Source of the DNA: Rhizophagus irregularis
Taxonomy: Eukaryota
Assembly: GCF_026210795.1 (NCBI RefSeq)
Contig: NC_089435.1
Span: forward strand, 2,108,001 to 2,172,000
Length of the DNA stretch: 64,000 nt
Direction of reading: 5' to 3'
Of this stretch, positions 52,562 through 64,000 are shown piece by piece. The notes under the pieces are model-generated. The model had not been told where the DNA came from. It saw nothing but the letters and a program-made list of their open reading frames with translations, and did no database searches. Every line of letters starts with the position of its first letter. Positions within the stretch are counted from its first letter, which is position 1. The translations under genes were made by a program, and so were the position numbers.

Positions 52562-54111
52562 ATAATAATTATATCTTTGTGTTTTCGTTTTATTAGTAAA
52601 ATAAGTTTGATATAGCAGTATATATATTTTGGTATTACAAGTAGGAAGTAGTATTTATTTTATTTATTTACTTTTAACATTGTAATCTCTTATTATTTTG
52701 ATTGCCTCGGTCAATAATAAAAATTGATCTACATTTGATAATTTTAATTTCCGTAATTTACTAACCTTAATGTCGTTTGTGGTGTTAAAAATGAATTACG
52801 CGCGTTAAAATTTTAATTATAAAAAATAGTACGTACGAATATAAGTTTATAATTCAATTTTATTCTGCCAAAAAATAGACTGTTCTTTGATTTTCTTTTT
52901 TTTAAACGGAATAAGCCTAGAAGTTACAATTTTTTTCGATAAAATTGGCACTAAATGATTATAATGTTGACATAAATTGCAGGTAAATGAAACATATTTC
53001 CAGAAGTCCAATTGGCGGAATACGAGTTTATAAACATTATTTTCGTCAACCATTATTTATTGAAAAAAAAACATGAAAAAAAAGTGGCAATAACAACTTA
53101 ATTTATGTTAAGAAAAAATAACATAATCAATTAATCAATAATTCTAAACAAATTATTAATATTTATTTTTAACGCTTAATGGAATAAATTCTAAAAAATT
53201 TAGCATTTTCATTTATAATAATAATAAACTTAAATTAGATTAAGACGTGATAGTAATACAAGTGCAAATCTACATGCTTTTTTCAATTTTTAAATAAAAT
53301 CAAAGAAATTTAAATTGTTTTGGTACTGTATAATAAAAAATCATACGTCCCAAGCGTGACATGAAAAAAAATGTGACTAAAATTAAGTGCGGATAGATAG
53401 TGCGTGACGAGTAGGATTTTGCTACTAAAAAAATTTACGGAGCCGGTGATGAAATTCACGTGATATTTCGCGGGAAAATCCTGAATATTTACATTCTTAT
53501 GTTGAGCGTCATTAGTACCATAATTTCACGTATACTTCGTATATTTTGCAAGCAATACGTAAATTTTTTTATTAAAAAAAACAAGGTTTAAATAAATATC
53601 AACACAAAATATATGTAAATAATAAATAAATAAATAAAATCATAGCCCTAACATTTGATTCATTTTTGGAATAAGTAAAAAATTTCTTAAAAGAATATTA
53701 GCTTATTAGCAACTTAACTTAGTTAATAGTCGAATTTTATTTCACCATAAAATAAATGAATCGAATTTCCTTAGTAAGTATTCTGAAATTCTGTATCCTG
53801 AATATTATCAGAAATAGTTCCATTTACTGAATTTGAAGCAGCATTATAGGCGTTATTATTATCTGTATATCCTTGAGAAGTAGGTTGGATTGTAGTAAGA
53901 TGTCCCTCAAAGTGGTCATACTATAATTCCTTATTAATCCCATTGGTTAATAGTTTAAGGCCTTTACGGACCGCAGTAAATTTAAAACAAATTTTTTATT
54001 AAATATAATACTGCGCCCCAAAATTAATAATTTCACTAGGTATCAAAAGTGTAGATCAAGCGTAGATCATCATTATATTTTTTTTATTAATAACTGCTGT
54101 ATATAGTGAAT

Positions 54112-54412
54112 GGTTTTGGTACGAAATCTCGAAAATCATTTGAGCGACTGATACAAGACCGACAACAAAATCTCGACAATTCAATATCTTGACAAGTCAA
54201 AATCCTGACAAGTCAAAATCCCGACAAAATTATAACACACTTAAACTAAATATTACATATTGCAGAAATTATTTTATTAGAACACACATCACAAAATTGT
54301 CGATATAATGACTTGTCGGGATTTTGGATTGCCGAGATTTTGGATTGTCGAGATTTTGTTGTCGATCTTGTGTTAGTCGTGCAAGTGACTGTCGAGATTT
54401 TGATCGGATACC
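54112..54412. mobile_element. Mutator-like MITE with long TIRs containing tandem (AAAATCYYGACAA) units
   Basis: About 120-bp inverted arms starting GG and ending CC; ~9-bp TSD ATAGTGAAT / ATAGTGGAAT. Confidence 0.75.
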
Positions 54413-54830
54413 ATAGTGGAATTACTTAATATTATTAAACTGCCCATAACTAAGCTGTTAAATTTAATAAAGATAATAATTCTGTTAGTTCGACTGTTGA
54501 CTGGTCAAATATTATCCATCATCATAATGCCAGAAAATTGTTGGTGTTTACCTTTTTTTTTTATTTCGTTACAAAGAATAGTAATACATATGCCAAAACT
54601 AAAACATAACAAAATCTATTCTTTTAAACAGTCATTCACCATATTGACAAACCCACCCTCTGATAATAGAAAAAAAAGAGGTGAACTACAACTAATGAAC
54701 GAGATCATAGCTATAAATCAGATGATGACGAAAAAAACTAACGGGTATAAGATGAATCAAAATCAATAAATCGTAGCCAAGGAATATTATGTAAAAAATT
54801 ATTAGATTCCCAACGAATCAAAGGTGAGAT

Positions 54831-55178
54831 TAGAGTTTGGAATCGATTAAGGTTAATCGATTAATTAATCGACTAAGACGGTTAATCGATTAAGGTATCT
54901 CAAAAATTGGTTAATCGATTAAAATTATCAACCCATAATTCTGGTCAAATTATCTAATGCGGCCCAGAGCTGTGAATTTTTGGTCACGTGTTCTCTGAAC
55001 TTGGAAGAATTTGTATTAATTTTTTAATGATAATAATAATAAATAAGACTTTCCTATAACTAAATGTATGATCAAAAACAATTTGGTGCAATCTGCGGTC
55101 AAAAAAAAAATTTTTTAATATTTTAATATTAATCGATTATTAATCGATTAAGGTTTTTTTGGTCGGTTCCAACCTCTA
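54831..55178. mobile_element. hAT-type MITE (348 bp)
   Basis: TIR TAGAGTTTGGAATCGA / TCGGTTCCAACCTCTA, perfect 8-bp TSD GGTGAGAT, subterminal TTAATCGATTAA repeats. Confidence 0.9.
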
Positions 55179-57919
55179 GGTGAGATAAAGGATATGATGG
55201 TGTATTATGCGGCAAATAATAATATATCAGATATGAAAGGAAATCATTTGTGTGTCTGTTATGGACTTTGTCGGACATTTGTGATCTTTAAACGATCTTT
55301 TGTTAATGTTATTAATGACTTTCCATTATTTGAAGAGGTCACAAGAAATCTTCCAGACATGTTTGTGTACGACACTGAAAAAATTGCAAAGGAAGAGTAG
55401 CATGATGCGCATTTGATGCGACGTACGCGAAATGTGGAGTTCGAATATGAACTATGTAAAAGCAAGAAAACGAGGTAATCGTCTGTTAAAATTGGGTTCC
55501 TTGATACTGTGTCTTTTAAGATTTTTTTTTCATATTATTAGATTCACGTAATATTAATATTTCTATAGACTCGTGATCGCATGGTCAATTGGGTCACTAT
55601 AAATTAAGCTAAGTTTACATACTAGTTTATTGAAAGTTTGAGCTATCAATATTATAGATACTAAGGAAATTGATTATCAAATTTTTTGACAAATAAATTG
55701 AAGTAATTTGAATACAATATTAATCATATACCTACACTCAGGAATGTTTTCAAAAATATTTTTTTTTTGAAAATCAGTCAAAAAAACGCTACTTTAACGT
55801 TTCTTTCCTATTTTATAGGACCTGATCTTTTTTGGCCGCTTTTTATTTCCCTACATAGAATATTGCCTGCTCAATAGCCAGATTGATAAAGCATTTATTC
55901 CGCGTTATGCTTTTAAATGTAATATAAGCCCGGTCTAACTGTATGTTTTCTCCAACTAAATAAATATATATATATATTGGTGTATCGAATCATATTGTTA
56001 TGGTCTGAGTTCTCTCTTTTCTTTAGGACTTTGCTATTTTCTTTGGGACTTCTTACTTCCCCTTTTCGGACGTTTTTTCGCTATGAGTAAAGTAGTACAC
56101 CGTTCGTATGCTTCCAAAAGAAATAAATTGCTTTAATGAATATGAAATCGTAGTTAATGATGTAATGATGTAATGATATAACGCCCACAGTAAATACAGT
56201 AAAATACTGAAATAGTATATAAAATTTGACGTCATATACAAGATTACGTTCTATTTTATATACTACGGAGTTCACATGTTTATAATATGACTCATCATGG
56301 TTAAGTGATACATGATTAAAATATATAAAATAGCAACTTTTTTCTCTTAATCTCTTTAACTCCTCTCTTCTTTCTTATTCCTTCTCACCTTTCTTTTTCT
56401 TTTATTTTTTTTTCTTGTTAAGTATGGTAATAGGTAAGGTACAACCAACTCCACACCTCATTTTAAAACGTAGGTACGACCAACTCCACGCTAAAAACTT
56501 TATAAAAAGTTAAAGCCATACATAAACAAATTTTTTAATAAAGTTGAGTAGAGAAACCTGTGTTTATTGCTCGATCGACTTTCCCACATTACATATATAT
56601 ACGTACGTATTTTATGTATGTATGTACATAGTACGTATTGTGTATATATGTAAACCAAATAATTAGATGGGGGAATGAGAAAGCTTATTTTTGGTTTTAC
56701 AAAAATAATTTTCTTTCTTGTTCTGATGCACATGTGCATTATTTGTTTTATTTGTTTTGATTTTTACGTAAATAATTTTCTTTTATAATTTTCTTTCTTG
56801 TTTTTAATGCATATGTGCATAAGTAGTAGTATCTGGGGCCAGAACATAACTAAAAAAACACAGTTTACATATAGAATTTGTCAAGTTGTGAAAGTTATTA
56901 TATTATATATCTATATGTCCGAACGTCTCTGCTCAATTTTTGTTCTTAATAACCCAAATATTATTTTTTTTTCAAATCCTATTAATTATAAACTGGTTGT
57001 ATAAGATTAAAGGTAAGTGGTTTCTTTTTTTCCCTGAACGAAGCTTGCCACCTCTACGTGGTGTTCAGGAGTAACAGTTGTAAGTTTATAACTAACCAAG
57101 AGCAAGCAATATTTTATTTTACATATTTTTGCGCCATTTTGTATTGAATGTCACGTAAAAATGTTTATTCATAACACTCATAACATTAGCATCATGTTGC
57201 GTATAATGGATCGTAAGTAAAAAAGAAATGAGATTTTCAAAGTTTTGGATTGGGTTACAGGTTTGGCCGGCCCGATTGAATTGGAAACTTGGAGATAATG
57301 GAGTCACAGCTCTTTTTTTTTAAAACAAAAAATCACTATTGAAGTTTTAAGATGTAGATATTACTAAAAAAGAAATTTATGAATAAAAGCTTTAACATTG
57401 TTTTAAAAATTGTTATTAAAGAAGTGAAATATGCGAAAATAATACTTTACAGAAATATGAATCTAATTACAGTATGTTTTCCAGGTTAAAATTTGTAGTA
57501 CACTCAGAATAATTATTGCTAATGACAAAAAAGTTGCTTTTAGATTGCACATTCCTGGTAGATGATCTGAATTTTTGGAGTTAATATTGTTTAAAATTGA
57601 ACTTGAAGGTGATTTTACTGAAGGTGTCACTAAGAACTTGGAGACAATATAATGAAACCTGTAAATTATAAGTTTTATAGACCTCCAAATACAATTGCCT
57701 GCTATTACTTCTCGTTTTAACTAAAAAAGATTTTGTGCGAGCTTAATAAAAGTTTGTCAAAAGATTTTCAAAGTCCAAATTTTATCCAAAATTACTCATT
57801 CAAATTTTTTATAAGTATTGACGAAACGATATTAATAAATAGTAATTACAAAATTGACGTTCAATTAAAAATTTAAAAGTATTAAACATATTAAAATACA
57901 TAAAATCAGATATTTAAAC

Positions 57920-58520
57920 TCTGCCTAGGTTTTCTTTTTATTAGGTCTTTTTTTTTTAGGCCCCTTTCTTTACGTCTTCCTTTCATAAAAATTCTGTATT
58001 GCCCGGTACCTTATATTACCGATCCACAAGATAAGCATAAATCAATTTATAATATTTTTTCTTTCTTGAATATAAACTCTGACGGTATTTTTAGTTTATA
58101 GGCACATATAATTAATTTTATTATTTTATCATCTTTTTTTGCTTTACTGACATAAAATTTAATGAGAAGATAGACCTAAAAAAGGTGGAAAAAAAAGATG
58201 ACGAAAAAAAAATGACGAAACGAAAGAAAAAAGATGACGAAGCGAAAAAAAAGACGACGAAACGAAAAAAGGTGTCTAAAAGAAGACCTAGTAAAGAGAA
58301 GACCTAGACAGAGAGAAGATAGACCTAAAAAAAAAGACAAAAAAAATAAGAAAAAAACACCACACACACACACAACCCACACTCCCAACCACATACCTAA
58401 AATACCTAAAGGAAGACGTAAAAAAAAGGGCCTAAGAGATAGAAGACCTAATAAAGAGAAGCCTAGGCAGAGAGAAGATGGACCTCGAAAACGAAGACGA
58501 TGAAAAAAAGGGGCAAGGTA
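57920..58520. repeat. A-rich repeat with an inverted pair (57920-57982 vs 58409-58472)
   Basis: CTCTGCCTAGG...TATTAGGTCTT...TACGTCTTCCTT is the reverse complement of AAGGAAGACGTA...AAGACCTAATA...CCTAGGCAGAG. Confidence 0.65.
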
Positions 58521-59739
58521 TTGAGGGTATATAAATACTTTTTTCGAATACATAGTGCTAATAATTAATAAAATCTTGATTGCGAAAAATCACGAGAGAA
58601 ATTGAATTATAAATATGTATATATCGCGTAAATAAACAATCTTACATCACACTAATAACAATGACTAATGAATAACTAATATCTCCTTAATCAAAAAAAA
58701 CACAATATATTTGCTAAGCAATTGATTATGTTTGGTATCATGTGATTATTACCAAATCTGTGCGACAATCGTTCATATAAATATCCTTATGTTAGCCTTA
58801 GCCCTTAGAACGAATATAATACATGATGGTTATAATAAATTTAACCATAAATATACCTTTATTTTTACTCTCGGGTGATTTATCCGCACACGCGCTGTTC
58901 TTCAATAAACCAATGATTAGATTATAATATTATGATCTTCGATACCAAACTATGCTTACTATCTTGTATTGCTTAAACTAATTTTTTGATAATACATGAT
59001 AAAGTCGATTTGCTATGTAAATGAAAAAATGAATCAGGTAGCGGATGTTTCAAGGGAGGAGTTTGCTGAGCATTAATCACGATCGGGTAAAACTTTAAAA
59101 CGTCAGCATAGGTTATTACAAGAATTCCCCGTTTAATCTTAACAGAATCACTTTTCAACAAAATAAAAAGATTCCAACGTAATCCCCGGAAACTCTATAA
59201 GGGTTACTCAATGAAATGAATAGCCGGGTAGTACTGTTTAAGTATGATTTTACACAAATTTAATATTTATGTAGGAAATATTGATTACATAATATATTAC
59301 AATAGAAGTGAGTTTATTTAAAAACGTTAATATATAAATAAATTTAATTTTTATCGCATAAAAGTTATAAAACTGTTATTGTCGACAATTTTGTTAATTC
59401 CCTAGATACATCCAAATTTGATGTTGAGCTTCGGGAGACAGCACTTCATTTTTAAACGAAATAATTATCATTAATATCCTAACGACCAGCTATATACTTA
59501 ATTTTTTGCACTAAAATGCGAAATATTTATATGCAACACGTAATCTTTTTTTAAATTGTTTATTTCGTAGTTATTCAAAATATAAAAATATTATTTTGTA
59601 AAAAAAAAAAGAAGACGAGAATTTCTCTAAGTTTTCTTAAAAATCGAATTTTTATGGAGGTAAAAGCAAGATTCAAGCGTAAAAAAAATACATTTATATA
59701 TCTAATTCCAAAATGAAATATATTATCATAATTTAGTTT

Positions 59740-61520
59740 AAGAAAGCTTCTGAAATTCCATATCTTTGAATATCATATGTAATCCGTTTAATGAAATCGA
59801 AGCTGTAACCCAAATGTTATTAATTTGATTATTTGAATACTTGAAGAATTGTTGAATGCAATATTTTGTTGATAAACAAGTTGATGTTAAATTTTGTTGG
59901 ATTTGTCGTTGGATTAGAGAATTTTATCGAAGTTATGGCATTATCATAATTCTGGCCGACATTATTTGTTAATCCCGTGACTATTTATTTAATGTTCATT
60001 TATAATAATGATTGTTTCCATAACTACCATTGAATGATCATTTAAGCTAATTACAAATATTTCATGTTAATTTTGTTTCAAACAAAAAAGTAAAAGGTTA
60101 AATGAAATTATAAAAGGATATAATAATTGTTGTATATTATTATGGAACGTGAGTAAATTAATGCTATTATTCAGGGTCACGCATCTTCTAATGGGTCCTT
60201 TAACTTATAAAGATCAATGTAATAAATTAGCGGAAAAGAATTTTGGAAATAAATTACTAGAATTTAGGGGACAACCAGAAACTCATGATATATTAATATG
60301 TACGTGATATATACCGTATCTGTTATCGACTTTACTTGCCATTTTACTAACATCACATTATCCCGAAATCATTTCAGAGAATCACCATTTTGCCGATAAC
60401 CATAAATCAACAAGATTTTCACTGAGTAAGTAATAATGTGATTATGTGAACCATATTACTTTTAATTTGAAATTGGATGTTATTTATTGAATAAATTCAA
60501 TTTTATTATTGTAGTTTGAAAAATATTAAAACAAGCTTATAATTTTTTTAAAAGCAGTGAATTTTACTTAAAGTAATATGAGGCGCAGCTAACTAATGAA
60601 ATTTATTTAAATAATTCCCGGTGAAATATCATATCAAGTCGGGTAATTTTGAAGTTGGGTAAATTTTTTTCATGTCAGTAAAATAGAAGTCAGCAAAATA
60701 GTGTCGGTTAATTTCATGTCGGTGAAATAGCTGTCTTAAATAGTATCGTAACCGATATATACAGTACGTGTATCATTTGGTAAAAGTTTGAAGTGCGGGA
60801 GTTGCGGTATTAATGAGGTATTAGATTCCTATGATATTAATTGGAATTCGTTACTGTTACCCATTGGTAAATTAGAATGGTCTAAGTGAAAATATTTATG
60901 CCGTTAAATTCTTTCAGTAAATAAGCCATGCACTCATGTTTATGGTTTTATTAACAATAAGTTTATGTATAGTATTGTGTAGTTTTGTTATTTGAATTCA
61001 TTTTCTTAATGGTTACAAAAGGTGAATTTTATTTATTCCTTTTTTCTATTTTGAAAAAATGGAACTATGTAAATTGCTCAAAAATGATCATTCTTATAGA
61101 TGTCTGTTTTTGGTAAATTTCTTGCATAAAAGTCGAAACGTAATTAAATATTTCGTGTAAATCCGCAGTCTTGTTAATCCAAAATTTTACTTGTTATATG
61201 TTCTGCATAAAAATTTACAAATACCTGATTGATGAATACTAAATAATTTGTTTTTTTTTATTACACTAAGAACAGAACTTGAGATATCATAAAATAAGTT
61301 TTAGGTATAATTCTATATATAGCATTTTAGTTATATTTGTATTCTCGCTTCGCTTAGATCACAGCCGGTTTGATTATAAAATAAGCAATTTGTTGGACTT
61401 GTTGAATTTGTTGTCGAATTAAAAAATCTAATGGACGTAATTCGGTATATTGATATGTAACATGATAGATACGTGCATCATTGGGTTATGCGCTATCATT
61501 ACCCATTGGTAAATTGGAAT
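59740..61520 (-). pseudogene. Degraded paralogs of the 62999-63538 gene (another relic at about 53770-53890)
   Basis: Matches such as TCTAATGGACGTAATTCGGTATATTGATATGTAACATGATAGATACGTG (near 61430-61480) and TTTGAAGTGCGGGAGTTG (near 60790). Confidence 0.6.
60315..60753. mobile_element. Degenerate Mutator-like insertion within the pseudogene relic
   Basis: 9-bp direct repeat GATATATAC at 60306-60314 and 60754-60762; removing it restores similarity to 63325-63355. Confidence 0.5.
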
Positions 61521-62998
61521 ACTGTAATTTTGTGCAGTGTGATTATTTGAATTCTTTTTGTAAAGCGAAAAACTATGAAGAATCAGAAAGTTGGAATGAA
61601 GTAATGGGTTATTTACAGTATACAGTATTACGTTTTTTTTTAAAAATATTATAAATAAAGCTTAGTGTAAATGATAGTGTAAATTAAATTGTCCCATACT
61701 CCCATGTAAAACAGTGTTCAGTGCACTCGTCCGAAAATTATAATTATGTTAAATCAATATGATCATTCTATGATAAACGCACACATAGAAGTACAGTAAA
61801 ATATGCATCTAGTAAAAACTATGAAGCAGAAGCTATATACCAACGTGTACTGTTGTAGTTATAAAAAACTACTATTAAATCCTCGAAACTAACTAAACAA
61901 AAAACCTAACGTCGTCCAATCGTGTGTATGCACCAAACAATCAAAACAAGAAAAAAAAACTTTTTTGCTAATTTTCTAGAATACTTTTCGTTAATTTTAA
62001 TGGAACTAGGAACGCAAATGCCTGACTCCTTGAAAGATGTTCCAATATTAACTTCTCAAACGGGTCTCGGTAGGCTAATTAACCGAGATCATATAGTATG
62101 TACAATGGCAAAATTGATTCGAAATATTTTTATCACGTGCAACAAATCATTTTATCTTTATAAAACGTAACCTAAAATATTATCACGTCATGTAAGTTAG
62201 TAAGTACAATAATAATTATTAGGCATAAAAACTTTACAAATCATATGAGAGATTTTGTTGAGAATGTAGAAAATTAAAGAATCATATCATATTATTACAT
62301 TAATGATTGTTCAGAAATTTCTGGAATATTTTCAACAAAATTTCAAAAAATTGGATACAGTATCAAATACATTGGTATTTTATAATTGATGATGGTCGAA
62401 ATATCATGTGTATCAGGTAAAAGTTTTAAAAAGTTTGATAGATACATCGGATAAATCACGAAGTGCCGAATAACTATTAAGGTATTTTTTTTTGGTGCTA
62501 CGAATTACTAAGACACCACAACTCCTGTTGATGCGCCTTTATATTATTAATTAGATCGGCACATTTTTCGACAAAGAATTTTCTATTGTACAAATAAACC
62601 CAGAAATTTATCATATAGTGTAATTGTGTATGCTAAATTACTTTATTCCGACTTTTCCGCAATAACTTATAATGCTCTACCGCAGTAACTGATAATATAC
62701 GCAATACGTAAATTTTTTTTTTAAAGAAAAAGTTTTATTTCAGTTTTAAATATTGATACAAATACATTTGGTTCGTTTTCGAATTATATATAAAAAAAAT
62801 TCCCAATCACTAATAAAAAAAACATAGAAAAAAAGTAGAAAGAATCAAAATTAAGTTGCCCATATATTAAAAGGAATATCTTAAAAATATTGTCTTAAAT
62901 AATATTAGCTTAATTTAACATTAATAAATAAGGAGTAAATTAAAACTCAAGAAGAAAAAAAACTTATTTCATCCTAAATATATTAATGAGTCTGATTC

Positions 62999-63538
62999 TT
63001 AGGAATTCTGAAATCCTGTATCTTGGATTTTATCAGAAATAGTTTCGCTTACCGAATTTGAAGCCGTATTATAGGCGTCGTTATTATCCGAATATACTTG
63101 GGAAGTAGATTGAATATTAGTATCAAAAAAATTTTGTTGAATGCTGTTTTGTTGATAAACGGGTTGTTGAACTTGTTGAAATTGTTGTTGAATTTGTTGT
63201 TGAATTAGAGAATGTATGTTATTATGCAGTGGAAACTCATGACCAGGAATACGAGATAAATTAATACTATTATTCAAGCGTCGGGCATTTTCTAATGGGT
63301 GTAATTCAGTATATTGATATGTAACGTGATAGATACGTGTATCGTTTGGTAAAGGAAAGTAAAATTCAAATGTATCGTTTTGAAGTGCGGGAGTTGTAGT
63401 ACTAGTATTAGACATTTCTACGGCGGTGTTAATGGAAGTGTGTTGGTCGTTGTTAATATGTAAAGGTGCGAAGTTATTTTCAGTTTGATACATTGGTATA
63501 TCAGAATGATCTGGAGAAGTTTGGTTATTTAAATTCAT
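62999..63538 (-). CDS. Hypothetical Q/N-rich 179-aa protein
   Basis: Open ATG-to-stop frame; core FEFYFPLPNDTRIYHVTYQYTELHPLENAR conserved in nearby relics. Confidence 0.65.
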   Translation of the reverse strand: MNLNNQTSPDHSDIPMYQTENNFAPLHINNDQHTSINTAVEMSNTSTTTPALQNDTFEFYFPLPNDTRIYHVTYQYTELHPLENARRLNNSINLSRIPGHEFPLHNNIHSLIQQQIQQQFQQVQQPVYQQNSIQQNFFDTNIQSTSQVYSDNNDAYNTASNSVSETISDKIQDTGFQNS

Positions 63539-64000
63539 TTTTCTAAAAAAATTTTAATTATGTTTGAATATTCATGAATATAATCAATTTTATATGAAGA
63601 AATTATTTAATATGCCAGAAAAAAAATTAAGAAAAAAAGGAGAAGGAAAAAATATAAATTTTTTTGAAAAAAAAACAGGTGAAAAAAGGGGAATATGGTA
63701 TCTTTATATATGTTTTTGAGAGAGAAGTACTTTTAACAATAGAAAAAATAAAAATAAAAAATAAAATAAGTAATAAACTCGGCGTAAAACGAGGAAAAAG
63801 AAAATTTTTTTTTTTGATTGTAAAATTAATTCCAAGAGGGTGTTAAGATGATTATATATATTTGATTCTGGTAATTATTTATAATATTTATTTTTTTTTT
63901 CGTTTTTCGTTTTTTTTATAGTGTATTTAATGAGAAGGGTTATTAATAATATTTATTTTAATTATATTAGTAAAGTAAGAGTTTTTGTTTTTTTAAATCC

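Noticed and set aside
54416..55465. Short ORFs around the hAT MITE
   Set aside because: No recognisable domain; may be a decayed gene but cannot be supported
58176..58553. K/R-rich and F-rich ORFs
   Set aside because: Artifacts of an A-rich repeat

Overview
Very AT-rich, intron-containing fungal nuclear DNA. The gene families present (BTB-BACK-TLDc tandem genes, TKL kinase with micro-exon tail, Crinkler relic) point to an arbuscular mycorrhizal fungus of the Rhizophagus type; this is inferred, not shown. The backbone is a minus-strand tandem array of two-exon BTB-BACK-TLDc genes (four complete, one cut by the window edge, one collapsed relic) sharing a promoter motif, with one 9-exon kinase on the opposite strand. 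About 23 kb of nested transposons split the array. An internally deleted Helitron (OB-fold-like gene, Pif1 tail, hairpin-CTAG) carries a small Helentron-like insert and adjoins or contains a full-length RNase H LINE (14-bp TSD). That LINE in turn carries a 4.7-kb P-element-like transposon and a hAT MITE, both with 8-bp TSDs. Many MITEs with readable TIRs and TSDs occur elsewhere. The most unusual stretch is non-coding (42.29-43.34 kb). On the minus strand it has a 58-nt mascRNA-like mini-cloverleaf, preceded by U-rich/A-rich tracts and a branched RNA fold that shares motifs with the LINE 3' UTR, next to covarying ~100-bp hairpin repeats and short reiterated repeats. All calls were made by eye; no searches or folding programs were run.
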